Positions 31,901 through 41,162 of a stretch of DNA of 64,000 nt are shown here, piece after piece. The stretch's first letter is position 1. Each line of letters opens with the position of its first letter. The position numbers and the translations under genes were made by a program. The notes beneath the pieces were generated by a model. The model did not search any database and was not told where the DNA came from. It was given only the letters and a program-made list of their open reading frames with translations. Source of the stretch: a virus; IMG/VR virus record IMGVR_UViG_3300035050_000132, positions 30,591 through 94,590 of that record; one strand, 5' to 3'.

Positions 31901-34518
31901 TCCTCATTTGTCCTTTTAAATAGACCTATTACATCAAAAGAGTAATTATCTAAATTACTAATTATATTATAGGTAGTAAATGTATCACAAGAATTAAATG
32001 GCCACCACATAGGACCTACACCAGTAAAAGTACTAATATCATGATCACCACACGGAGGAATCATACTATGACCAGAGGGTTCCCCATTCTGTTGAGATGC
32101 TGGGCCGCAACAAGTACAAACAGGTACATTGATCCAACTAGTATAATTGGCCGCCCAGCCGTAATAAATTTCAACTGACGGACATTTAGGTTGTTTTACC
32201 CAACCTATGGGTTTTGTTCTAAATAAAGTAAAAGGTCTGCCTGCTGAGTTTGCAATAATTATAGATGGTGTTATAGTGAATTGAAAATCAGTTATTACAA
32301 CTTTTTTATCATCTATATCTACAGAATATGAAGATTTACCATAACTAATATCCGCATCTTCATTATCTAAACACTCATAAGCCCATCCAGTATCAGGCTC
32401 CTCATCAAAACTAAATTTTTGATAATAAGTTAAATCTTTTATTGTTAAAGTAGCAGAACACATTGACTTGAAATTAGCACTATTTTTTGGCTTAATAATT
32501 AATTGATTAACTTCTAAAAAATCACACTCACTACCACTATAAACTATTTCAAAATCACAAGATCCCCCATCACCCTCCTCATAAGTAGCAATTATATCGC
32601 CACATTCCCATGGTTGAAAAACTTTAGTAAGTTCTAAGATATCAAGCACAATAAGAAAGTAACCATCGTCACCTAAAGGAAAAAACTCACAAACATGTTC
32701 GTCGTCATTAGCAGTAGTTACAATGTATTCTTCCATAAAAATTTTATAGTATTTATAACCTAAATAAGAGACATTACTACCCTCATCCCCAAAATTAGTA
32801 TCATCATAATAATGTACCATATCATAAGAATTACCATTGACGGAAAAAGATACAAACTCAAATACAAGTTGATTATTATCCTCATTAACATTTGCGTAAA
32901 ACCCTTGTGTATAATCATGAGGTGTACGTATTGGGATATTGTCACCAGAAAGCACAAAATCGTTTTGAATAAGTGCACCGCCAACTATTCTTTTATCTAC
33001 GTCTATTTTAGTAAACAAAAGACCTTCCGAACTATCATGAAATACAGCAAAAGTATTAATTCCATTACGCACACGTCTTCTAGGGTATAAAGGAGCTTCC
33101 ACCGCAAAAGACGTAGTACCGTCCCCAGCTAATTTATTGGTATTATTTACATCCACCACCAGAGTCTTTAATGTATCTATAGTACGCTCATAACGTGTAT
33201 AAAACTCATTATATGCTTTAGTACCAATATTAAGTTTAATATCCATTAGGCTATCATACTCAAATAACTCATTAGGAATGGCACTAATAACATCATCATG
33301 ACTTATATTTATAACAAAGACATCGCCAGGCGTAAATATCTTACCATACAGTAAAACAGTAGTATCACCTAATTTAGATACTTCAAAAACACCTTCAGTT
33401 TCAAATCTGTTTTTAATTATTGGATTTAATTGAGTTAAGGAAAAACTTTGAACTAAATTAGGAAAAATTGGGAGCTCGCCATCAACCTCTGTACCTTTAG
33501 TTAATACCAAATCCTCATGTTCAACTGAAAAAGTATTAAAATCCTGCATATAAGTCTTAACAGAAGGTAACTGATATTCTTCTATAAAACCATATTCAGA
33601 ACTAAGTGAATAATTTAAATCACCTTGTAGCACACCAGCACCATCATCGTCAATAAAATGATCACCAGCCCATGTATAGATATAACCTTGATCTCTAAAA
33701 TAATCTTCCATAAGCTCAATAGTCCATTGATTTTCTTTACAATAATAACGTAGCTCATGTAGTTGTTCCGCCATTACTGGATCACCAGACTCTAACAATT
33801 CATCTATACAATATTCCCAACATATACCACTATAATAAGGGCAATCAGGTTTACAACCATTACATGGGGGACCTGTTTCAGAATTAAAATTACTATAACT
33901 ACTAGTGTCATTTTCATTAGAACAGGCCCATTCACCAGCAAGCTCTACCAAACGAGTTTCACTATTAATAGTAAAGGGCAAATACTCACCATCCCACCAC
34001 ATACATTTTGATAATTTTGCCCGTAAATTAAATATAACAAAATGTAATGGAAGTCTATAATCAAACTCCATAATAGTTGAAAAAGAACTGATATCTTCTT
34101 TAGCATCAACAGACTCATCACTAGAAGGTACCAATCTACCAAAACCCATATGCTGTGGAGAATAACCAGAGCAAGTAGTATCCGTACCATTACCATTACA
34201 CTCGCCGTTATTATAACCATTAATTGGTGAAAAATCAGGACCACCATCAGAAATACTAACCCACTTTTTACCAGTCCACCTATTACAAACATGCCTTGAT
34301 GGATCAGGAAGCATACAAGTTGGTAAATAAGAACCAGGATTGCTAGATTCATATTTAGGACATATAGCTAAAGTACCTATATAATTGCAATACGGCGCAT
34401 ATGGAGGGGCTTCTTGTTCTGTATTCTCCGCATAAACACACCTATGCCCCTCAGCATCCCAATAATTACAAGGATAAGGCTCATATACATTCCAATATTG
34501 ACAACGATTTATTGCCAT
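28969..34518 (-). CDS. Very large acidic, Cys-rich hypothetical virion protein (1849 aa)
   Basis: Uninterrupted ORF with dense Cys in the N-terminal ~250 aa and again near aa 780-900. No family recognised. Confidence 0.7.
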   Translation of the reverse strand: MAINRCQYWNVYEPYPCNYWDAEGHRCVYAENTEQEAPPYAPYCNYIGTLAICPKYESSNPGSYLPTCMLPDPSRHVCNRWTGKKWVSISDGGPDFSPINGYNNGECNGNGTDTTCSGYSPQHMGFGRLVPSSDESVDAKEDISSFSTIMEFDYRLPLHFVIFNLRAKLSKCMWWDGEYLPFTINSETRLVELAGEWACSNENDTSSYSNFNSETGPPCNGCKPDCPYYSGICWEYCIDELLESGDPVMAEQLHELRYYCKENQWTIELMEDYFRDQGYIYTWAGDHFIDDDGAGVLQGDLNYSLSSEYGFIEEYQLPSVKTYMQDFNTFSVEHEDLVLTKGTEVDGELPIFPNLVQSFSLTQLNPIIKNRFETEGVFEVSKLGDTTVLLYGKIFTPGDVFVINISHDDVISAIPNELFEYDSLMDIKLNIGTKAYNEFYTRYERTIDTLKTLVVDVNNTNKLAGDGTTSFAVEAPLYPRRRVRNGINTFAVFHDSSEGLLFTKIDVDKRIVGGALIQNDFVLSGDNIPIRTPHDYTQGFYANVNEDNNQLVFEFVSFSVNGNSYDMVHYYDDTNFGDEGSNVSYLGYKYYKIFMEEYIVTTANDDEHVCEFFPLGDDGYFLIVLDILELTKVFQPWECGDIIATYEEGDGGSCDFEIVYSGSECDFLEVNQLIIKPKNSANFKSMCSATLTIKDLTYYQKFSFDEEPDTGWAYECLDNEDADISYGKSSYSVDIDDKKVVITDFQFTITPSIIIANSAGRPFTLFRTKPIGWVKQPKCPSVEIYYGWAANYTSWINVPVCTCCGPASQQNGEPSGHSMIPPCGDHDISTFTGVGPMWWPFNSCDTFTTYNIISNLDNYSFDVIGLFKRTNEDGEKEHGDHDMRMLGPSKFNAWHGRGCNFLMPCRCNWRTFGDEKNSDNTFIGYGRVRAGVSDAELQEWSEEGSVLPKFGNSYRPQLDSYLTLEKTQYLYTMDGETWSTGWRLMPAFMGFSKSDFLDNIDSVMWGYSASTIEGAAPVCNPLGFFKATSFEGVSINETIDYKNRFTLKEICHARSVVERLRYPNVVGKYASSKKEGKIYPWYEFKQYEPPQTAEDLFDDDGDGADGSGTIQWAWQEKWVPIERVSGEDYSKRSFIRSFLSSNLSNEELTTTLGGPFVVGTDGNLGMFKFLDISYPNYLYNYKTEEFTTVIAEGYHVLRFIAPEKDESTGEYNGYIKIQLDGGPVRGISWEGKDWLNEDNISASIEVDEEEYNFEIYEEFTGQNESEFSGSEEKLWFDEVTLFDTNCPLKVDGAFDGAENSERMVETYYLDEAGETVTKKTHFQNGLAVSINSEAFIGSFLPTILLSVKTNVAEQNNVGSESEQVVMVCGTGDLNTAVASFDNKVKTISSAEITYTYGAVLVEESTQSSEDRSNELTESSNEPKKPIYNYYHLPAVSIYTSSDGVTKETLLYEKDYITFYLDSSVGETIETITHSWDNTLEYIMTGSLYIIIEFRATPIDSELAALTEEELAVYNKSINYASYNIFDIYEAILTDAYEPIKTTERKYYVSYGNSGDSPPQGTDPEEISTLYVRSIEKSTPYTRDYSDGVLNMDGSDSDSFKIMSKVRGRILGKLYEDEEALTGDIWEMEREQKKLFDAAFNMSTPWSVMEPVIIPSLTKFLDEENISFFGTFFTLENTILAELAEINQFEPMSGEGHKYIPNYENFYDKKCTMYCGSPESAMEWVYTCMDEEANSTYTGQGYDNAAYAYYWGTYNYLQRRDLAEAVIKNVFSKEYGGSSANKIWANDEESELVLPTLFPTFLNAAAPTTQVSYNLEYLKLSMNWQNAYFNTAENYEVSPILNEGDTIVPT

Positions 34519-34521
34519 ATA

Positions 34522-34824
34522 TTAGTTACCATCCACATACATAGAAAACTTACCGGAAGCCTCGTCAACATAATAATGAACTTTGGTGGCACCTTCATAG
34601 TAACCTATACATCTCCGCTCTATACGAAAGGAGGACGCCACACCGGGTGCCATGGAGGCCCTGTTTTTAACAAAATAAGCCTGTTTGCCTGCTAAATCCC
34701 AGCGCCTCCCATCATACAGTAAGGATAAACATTTTATTCTAATATTAGGAACATCCCTCCACCTATGACTTTCTTCAGTCATTATTGTGCCATCATCAAG
34801 TTCTGCTATCCACCCACGTCTCAT
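34522..34824 (-). CDS. Hypothetical protein (100 aa), paralog of the 150 aa protein at 40703-41155
   Basis: WIAELDDGT...WRDVP..I..L resembles FIAHYADGS...WSDIK.GI..L. Confidence 0.7.
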   Translation of the reverse strand: MRRGWIAELDDGTIMTEESHRWRDVPNIRIKCLSLLYDGRRWDLAGKQAYFVKNRASMAPGVASSFRIERRCIGYYEGATKVHYYVDEASGKFSMYVDGN

Positions 34825-34828
34825 TATA

Positions 34829-35032
34829 TTATACCCCTTTTCCTTTAGATTTTTGTTTATTATTTTTATAATCTGTAGTGTACCAACCGGCCCCTTTTAG
34901 ATGGAATGTTGATTTAGAAATTATCTTATATAACACACCACCGCATACAGGGCACTTTTCTGGTACTTTGTCAAAACGTTCCCAAACCTCTACCGTGTTA
35001 TCACAATCTTTACATTTGTACTCTTTAATCAT
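34829..35032 (-). CDS. FmdB-family zinc-ribbon protein
   Basis: EYKCKDC...CPVCGG.L.KIIS...FHLKGAGWYTTDY, the characteristic FmdB/CxxC_CxxC_SSSS pattern. Confidence 0.85.
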   Translation of the reverse strand: MIKEYKCKDCDNTVEVWERFDKVPEKCPVCGGVLYKIISKSTFHLKGAGWYTTDYKNNKQKSKGKGV

Positions 35033-35049
35033 TTTTTTTTTGAATCCTT

Positions 35050-35832
35050 TTATTTCTTTTTTCTGTACTTTCTGTTTAATTTTGTATCACCACAGTTATC
35101 TATAATACCTAATTTTAGTAATTCCACACCATCCCAAAGTACTACATTATATAATTCTTTTGCCAAATTAAACTTTATCATATCCTCTTCTTTTTTTCTA
35201 CCCTTAACCTCAATATATATTTCTAATTCTGGTATGTAAAAATCTGGTAAATAATTAACATCACCTATGCTTAACCATTCGCATTCGTAATACCAATCAA
35301 ATCCTTTAAATGTTAAATAGTCAGCAACTTTAACTTCCCATCCAGACCGCATAGTAACCTCACCTTGGTTTGGGGTAATATATTTTTGATAATTTCCCCA
35401 ATAACTATTGTACCCCATCTTTCTACCACTAACAAATGTATCAGACATCTTCTTTTTTGCATCATCTGTATGTCCTACATCATATATAGGGTTTAATTTA
35501 CCCATACGAGCCTCACTTTTAGTTCTAAATGGTATCCCATAAGAAAGCATCTTATTGGTTATAGTTTGCTTACAAACTCCATATACGGTAGCAATCTCAG
35601 AAGGGTGCTTTTCTTCATCCCAATACATTCGTCTAATATCTTCTAGTATTTCAACACGGTTATTTCTGTTACAATCACTAATATTAGCGCCCCATTTCCT
35701 CAAACGAGTATTAATAGAACTATCGGAAGTCCCTAACCTATTAGCTATCTGCTTATTAGTCAACCCATCTTCTATATGTAACTTAATAATTTCATCTTTT
35801 TTTTCATCTAACCAAAATAATCTTTTTGCCAC
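35050..35832 (-). CDS. Free-standing homing endonuclease: two HTH + NUMOD3-like + PD-(D/E)XK domain
   Basis: GTG start with AGGAG RBS. HTHs (GLTNKQIANRLG; PSEIATVYGV), GKLNPIYDVGHTDDAKKKMS, then MRSGWEVKVA...YLPDFYIPELEIYIEVKG. Confidence 0.82.
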   Translation of the reverse strand: MAKRLFWLDEKKDEIIKLHIEDGLTNKQIANRLGTSDSSINTRLRKWGANISDCNRNNRVEILEDIRRMYWDEEKHPSEIATVYGVCKQTITNKMLSYGIPFRTKSEARMGKLNPIYDVGHTDDAKKKMSDTFVSGRKMGYNSYWGNYQKYITPNQGEVTMRSGWEVKVADYLTFKGFDWYYECEWLSIGDVNYLPDFYIPELEIYIEVKGRKKEEDMIKFNLAKELYNVVLWDGVELLKLGIIDNCGDTKLNRKYRKKK

Positions 35833-35871
35833 AATAACTCCTATATAATTATAAATTAATACTCAATTTTT

Positions 35872-35899
35872 ATTATAATACATAATAATAAAAAATCAA
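35872..35899 (-). promoter_or_regulatory. Sigma70-type promoter upstream of the homing endonuclease
   Basis: Minus strand TTGATT (35899-35894), 16 nt spacer, perfect TATAAT (35877-35872) in an AT-rich ~100 bp gap. Confidence 0.6.
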
Positions 35900-35938
35900 G
35901 TAAATTTTATTAATATAAAAATCAATTCAGTAATTCTA

Positions 35939-37513
35939 TTAACTGTAATCGAAATAGAGTCTCATATTAATAGTTGAATTTGCCCCTGTCTCACTCGAAC
36001 CAAGTCGAATATTAACCCACATCGGGTCAGACATTAAACCTGTATTTCCTATACTCTCACTATCATCTGCCGAAGATACTACTGATAGATTCTCTTTAGT
36101 AGAATATAAATAAGAAGGTGATATATCACTATTAATATCACCAGCAACAATATTAGGATACCACTCAATACCATCATTAGGTGAATTACCAGAAACGTTA
36201 TCTGGACCTACTGTTCCAAATCTAAATTTAGTATCAGCGTTACCTTCATTATGATGACTAAATGAACCATGACTCTGAAGACCAAATTTAACTGTAGATA
36301 GCTCCACAGCGCCACTTTCAACTTCGAACATAACGCATTTAACATCAGACTCAGCAGACACTGTAACATTACCATAATTTAATGAATTAATATTATAAGC
36401 TGCTGGTTTTGGCGCAGAACAAATAACATAGAACTCATCACCAGCACTAAAGTTATCAGTACCATCAGGATTAAATTTAATACTTAAACCTCTAGAACCT
36501 AACTGAGTAAATGTTCCAGATTGAGTAGTAATAGGAGCCGCACTATCATCACACCTATTAGATGAAAATACATACTGCGCTGTCCCAGCAGGAGCAGTAG
36601 CGTTAGTTCCTTGTACATAATCTGGTTTATAGCACTCAATGGTCCATGCCGGACTTGTTTGATTAAATACAGCATCAGTAAATTTAACTTTAAGTCCGTA
36701 ATCACCTACTTTGTACCAATAATCTGGATAAAGTAATTCAGTATAAGCTGTAGAATCATCACCAAGAGATGAAGTCCAACTCATCCTTGGAACATTACCA
36801 GTAGTAGCACCCATAGTAGTACCATTAGTTGTATCTATAGATATTACATATGTAGAATTAGTTGCTCCATTAAATAAGCCACCTGTAGACATATTACCAG
36901 GATAAGAGTTACCAGCACCTTTAGTAGGAGTAGCTATACCCCTAGGAGCAGTTACAGCTTCGGTAAATGAGTCATTACTAATTACTACATGATAAACCTC
37001 ATCTAAAAATCCTTTATATGTACCACTAACTGTAACAGTTCCAGAAAAACCATTAGTACTAGCAGCACCACCTTGTTCGACTTTTGAAGAAAAACCCAAA
37101 ACTCCACCAGCAGAATTAGTACCACTTGCTGTTACGGAAACACTAGAAGAAGAACCTAATGTTCCAGAATGGATTTCAAATTTATTACCTGAAGAACCAT
37201 TATTAACCCATTCACAAATAGCATTATCAAATGCTGGATTGTCCTTACCTAAATCATGTAACTTTTCAGTTATGTCTTTAGCTACAAATCTGGCATCCAA
37301 CTCTGTACCACTATATAGAGTAATATAAGGACAAGTTTCCCCATCAATTGTAACATATAGACGATTGGTAGTAGTGCCAATATTAAAAGTATCTCCTATA
37401 CTGGCAGTACCTCTACAATAACCTCTTGTACCTTTACAGCCACTACCATTACCGTCAGTAGCCACACCAACTGCTGATGTGTCAAATTTCACCCATCTTG
37501 TATTAGCCGCCAT
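35939..37513 (-). CDS. Virion structural protein (524 aa) with a sheath-insert-like domain
   Basis: GGAGG RBS; S/T/G-rich. LYVTIDG...ITL...VAKDI...KFEIHSGTLGSSSSVSV...GVLGF resembles DUF3383/sheath insertion domains. Confidence 0.65.
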   Translation of the reverse strand: MAANTRWVKFDTSAVGVATDGNGSGCKGTRGYCRGTASIGDTFNIGTTTNRLYVTIDGETCPYITLYSGTELDARFVAKDITEKLHDLGKDNPAFDNAICEWVNNGSSGNKFEIHSGTLGSSSSVSVTASGTNSAGGVLGFSSKVEQGGAASTNGFSGTVTVSGTYKGFLDEVYHVVISNDSFTEAVTAPRGIATPTKGAGNSYPGNMSTGGLFNGATNSTYVISIDTTNGTTMGATTGNVPRMSWTSSLGDDSTAYTELLYPDYWYKVGDYGLKVKFTDAVFNQTSPAWTIECYKPDYVQGTNATAPAGTAQYVFSSNRCDDSAAPITTQSGTFTQLGSRGLSIKFNPDGTDNFSAGDEFYVICSAPKPAAYNINSLNYGNVTVSAESDVKCVMFEVESGAVELSTVKFGLQSHGSFSHHNEGNADTKFRFGTVGPDNVSGNSPNDGIEWYPNIVAGDINSDISPSYLYSTKENLSVVSSADDSESIGNTGLMSDPMWVNIRLGSSETGANSTINMRLYFDYS

Positions 37514-37553
37514 TTAAAATTCCTCCTAATTTTATTTCAATAAAAATTTAAAC

Positions 37554-38900
37554 TCACGGACTCTCAATAGTAAATGTATAAGTAAAAGGCTCCATTTGGT
37601 TTCCGTGAAAGTCCTTAACTCCAGAAACCTTAACTGTATAAGTTTGGCCATAATAAAAAGCAGTACTACGAGGATAAATACTACAAGATAAATCTCTATA
37701 TTCAACAGCATTTACAAAAGCTGTCAAATTTATAGATGGTAGCTCAGCAGTATCAAAGTAGTAATGGGCACCTTCTGTATTTGGACACACAGCCCCATTA
37801 CTAGCTGTAGCGGTTACATAAATTCTAGTAGAGGCGTCCCAAAATATACCTTCCTCAGATAATTCCAGATCATAACCATACAATAAATAAAAGTCCTCTT
37901 CAAGGACCTCTCCGTATGTGCTTTCTGCATATACAGTAACTATTATTTCACCATCCGAATAAAAATTATCTAACGGATCGAAAAAAGCCCGCTTACCGTT
38001 TGGGATATCTTGAATAGTTATCCCACTTAAAGTTGTACCATCTTTAACTATACTTATAGTAGTCTCATCTACATCATATATATAATCTACAATATCTACA
38101 TAACCAACACCACTAGCAGCCGTAAATTCATCTGTAACTAAGAAAAACCCATCTATAAATAAACTACGTGTTTTAAAATCTGACCCAAACGAAGTAGTTG
38201 AAAGTACGCTACTATAAATATCAACGTCTTGCCTAACAAAAGTACCAGAAGCTTGCTGCAAATCCACAGTAATACCTGAAGTTGTAACATATGTATTATA
38301 TATATCACATAATATATCCTTTAATCCTAAATTAGATACATACATATCAGTATCAATATCATGTATAGTACCTGACTGATATCTAATATCGCCGCCTATA
38401 CTATAAAGAGTACCAGAAGCTGCACAATAAATATCTGTGAGAGTTTCGAAATATTTAGCTTCCGCTAACGTTAAATCAACTAACATATCCCTACTATTTG
38501 TAATGGTGCCTAAATTCAAACGATAGTGGGTTTTAAAATCCATAGTCCCGCCCACTGAAGCACTATACAAAAAGAGATCCGTGGGCAACGTAATCTCTTT
38601 GGGCTGAGTCTCACTTTTAAATAAATCAACCATTGTGTCATCTAAATCAGGAGCTTTGTTGGTAGTTGTAAATTCTACTATAGAATCGTCAGTATGAGAA
38701 TTAGTTAGTTGTATTAATAATTCAGAAGTAGTGTTGTCACTACCACCCTCATCTGTTTTAATATAGTACTCTACTTCAACAATACCACTACCTGTAGTAG
38801 TTGCTGTTTCATATACAATAGAGGTTGCTGTATCCGATTGTCTTGTGGATACGTCACCTATAATATGTATAGTTGGCAGCTCTTGATCAGAAAGGGTCAC
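37554..38900 (-). CDS. Virion protein (448 aa) with short beta-repeats and C-terminal Ig-like (Big_5-like) domains
   Basis: GTG start. Repeats of DI...ASGT type; C-terminal YGQTYTVKVSGVKDFHGNQMEPFTYTFTI typical of SbsA-type Ig domains. Confidence 0.65.
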   Translation of the reverse strand: MTLSDQELPTIHIIGDVSTRQSDTATSIVYETATTTGSGIVEVEYYIKTDEGGSDNTTSELLIQLTNSHTDDSIVEFTTTNKAPDLDDTMVDLFKSETQPKEITLPTDLFLYSASVGGTMDFKTHYRLNLGTITNSRDMLVDLTLAEAKYFETLTDIYCAASGTLYSIGGDIRYQSGTIHDIDTDMYVSNLGLKDILCDIYNTYVTTSGITVDLQQASGTFVRQDVDIYSSVLSTTSFGSDFKTRSLFIDGFFLVTDEFTAASGVGYVDIVDYIYDVDETTISIVKDGTTLSGITIQDIPNGKRAFFDPLDNFYSDGEIIVTVYAESTYGEVLEEDFYLLYGYDLELSEEGIFWDASTRIYVTATASNGAVCPNTEGAHYYFDTAELPSINLTAFVNAVEYRDLSCSIYPRSTAFYYGQTYTVKVSGVKDFHGNQMEPFTYTFTIESP

Positions 38901-38910
38901 TTAATCCCCC

Positions 38911-40686
38911 TTAAGTATACTGATAATGTAAAGTGGTCACAAAATCATAATTTCCTGCTGTAAATGAATCATTCATATTGTGTAGTCTAGGTTTAAAAAT
39001 TAAACACTCACCATACAAAGAAACAGCATATATTAAATTAAAATCACCATAATAATATTCATCACCTTTTAGTATATGATCTCTTACTGGCGGGTAAACA
39101 AAACAATCAGGACTATCCATTGAAAAATGTAAATACTCAATAGAATCAGAATCCCAAGTCACAGATTCCATATCGTATCTATAAGTAGTTGCATCAACCC
39201 TATAATGACACTCATCTAAAATCTTATTATTTGTAGTAGAATGTGTATCATCATCCCAAGCTGTCAGTCTACAATCATAAGCTTCACCAAAAGTTAACTC
39301 AAATACAACAGCATTAGTAGGTTTTAAATACCAATTTTCACTATCTATTAATCTATCTCCGAAATCGTCAGTTTTACAAAAGATAGAATCCCCGCCCCAA
39401 CGTCTTTCAGCATCTACATCCACACCGGTTCCTGAATAAGAAGCTAATAGCTCAGCGTAAGCCACTTCCATTATACCAGAGTAAGTAGTATTATCTATAC
39501 CTGAATACGTAGTATATATACCAGAATAAGTCGTACCTATACCAGAAAAACTAGTATACAATTGATAAAGAGTACCACTTAATACAGCACCGCCAGTCAC
39601 CTCACCAAAAGTAACAGTAACTGTGTTAACTTCTGTATCAAATATTGTATCTGTACCAAAAGAGTAATCACTTATATAACCATAAGTATCTTTATCATAA
39701 TGAAAAAAAGCACTACCGTGAGAAGACCATCCAAGAAAAGTGTCACGTTCATAAACAGTCTGATCATCTCTAATATTTGAAGCTGTGTGCTGTGATAAAT
39801 TACCACCACATAAATAGGTTAGTCCTGTAATAGTACCATAAGTAAGAGTTGTGTAACTACTTGTTGATGCATAAATAGCATACGCATTTACACCATCAGT
39901 AACTGAACCGCCACTATCGTGCGAATTATTTATTACAATTTTAGAAATATATTTACTTTCATCAAAAACACATATAAGTCTAAGGTCAGTGGTACTTTCT
40001 GCGTACCACTCGTTACCAGCTCTTGAACCTGTAATAGAAAACGCTGTGCCAAAAATATAAGCCGGTGGATTATCTACTGTGTAATCTGAACCATAAGCAG
40101 TATAATAAGAAGTGTTTGGTAATGAAATTAGATCTCCTGCGTGGTCATAGAATTCTATAGATCTAAGTCCTGTACCAGAGCCGCCGTGATTAGATGCTAT
40201 ATCAATTATCAATGATTTGACTAAGACCATTTCATCTCCATAAGCTTCAAGTTCACTACTTTCAAACTTAGTAGTATCACCCAAAAATCCTATCTGGTAT
40301 GACCACTCACTATCATCAGTAACAGAAGAAGTTGCATCATTTGTATAATTATGCCAAAATGTACCAGAAGCACCAGTTTGTATAGTGCAAGCGTCATCCA
40401 TAAGTGTTAAAGTTCTATACATACATTCTTTGGTATTTAAAGGGTATTCCATATAATCTTGAGACTGTGACGCTTTATGTAAAATATCATAAGACTCATA
40501 CCAAGTACCTAAATACTGCCCGCCAGGCTGTGTATGGGATCTAGTACCAGCAGTAATATCATCAGACATATTAGTACTAGTAAAAACTATTTTTTGCAGA
40601 TCGGTGGATTCTAAAACAGAACCTGCGGAAGCAGCCCTATAAGAATCGTGGGTTGTATAAAATTTTTTCTCTATTGTTACAGCCAT
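38911..40686 (-). CDS. Virion protein (591 aa) carrying one copy of the mobile discoidin-like domain
   Basis: AGGAG RBS. Insert at 39751-40218, TTYSGI repeats, and a C-terminal AWDDDTHSTTNN motif shared with the 218 aa protein. Confidence 0.65.
   Translation of the reverse strand: MAVTIEKKFYTTHDSYRAASAGSVLESTDLQKIVFTSTNMSDDITAGTRSHTQPGGQYLGTWYESYDILHKASQSQDYMEYPLNTKECMYRTLTLMDDACTIQTGASGTFWHNYTNDATSSVTDDSEWSYQIGFLGDTTKFESSELEAYGDEMVLVKSLIIDIASNHGGSGTGLRSIEFYDHAGDLISLPNTSYYTAYGSDYTVDNPPAYIFGTAFSITGSRAGNEWYAESTTDLRLICVFDESKYISKIVINNSHDSGGSVTDGVNAYAIYASTSSYTTLTYGTITGLTYLCGGNLSQHTASNIRDDQTVYERDTFLGWSSHGSAFFHYDKDTYGYISDYSFGTDTIFDTEVNTVTVTFGEVTGGAVLSGTLYQLYTSFSGIGTTYSGIYTTYSGIDNTTYSGIMEVAYAELLASYSGTGVDVDAERRWGGDSIFCKTDDFGDRLIDSENWYLKPTNAVVFELTFGEAYDCRLTAWDDDTHSTTNNKILDECHYRVDATTYRYDMESVTWDSDSIEYLHFSMDSPDCFVYPPVRDHILKGDEYYYGDFNLIYAVSLYGECLIFKPRLHNMNDSFTAGNYDFVTTLHYQYT
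39430..39560 (-). repeat. In-frame TTYSGI micro-repeats
   Basis: SFSGIG TTYSGIY TTYSGIDN TTYSGIM ... SYSGTG; the DNA shows repeated ataccagaataag/atacctgaatacg units. Confidence 0.8.
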
Positions 40687-40702
40687 TTATAAAAATATCT
40701 CC

Positions 40703-41155
40703 TTATACAGCCATCTTCCAATGCTCTGATTGGATAGGCTTATCTATAGTAGTCACTACAATATCACCAATCTTATACTTTTGTAGCTGATCTTCTTTCA
40801 AAACTATCTTGTAAGACATAACTTTTTCTTCTGCTAAACAATTCACATTAATTGCATGGAAAAGTCTGAAACCTTCTACAGATTCACTCACCTCGATCAA
40901 TGGTAAATATCCTAAAAATTTAGGTATACTTATCAAATGCCCAGTTGACAATTGAAACTGTAAAAGAGTAATACCGTCTTTGATATCTGACCATCCAGTA
41001 TTAAACAAATTATTACCATTAACTACACTACCATCAGCATAGTGAGCTATAAAAAATGATTTATATGGGTTGACCATATTAAGTTTGTTATACTTACCGT
41101 AAACCGTTCCATCTTGCGCATCTAAATGTCGTAGTGATTTAACTCTTTTATCCAT
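40703..41155 (-). CDS. Hypothetical protein (150 aa)
   Basis: GAGG RBS; similar to the 100 aa protein at 34522-34824. Confidence 0.7.
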   Translation of the reverse strand: MDKRVKSLRHLDAQDGTVYGKYNKLNMVNPYKSFFIAHYADGSVVNGNNLFNTGWSDIKDGITLLQFQLSTGHLISIPKFLGYLPLIEVSESVEGFRLFHAINVNCLAEEKVMSYKIVLKEDQLQKYKIGDIVVTTIDKPIQSEHWKMAV

Positions 41156-41162
41156 AAATACC

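Noticed and set aside
39430-39560. CRISPR-like or other non-coding repeat array
   Set aside because: The repeats are short, in-frame coding TTYSGI units without spacers. No CRISPR array, tRNA or rRNA was recognised anywhere in the window.
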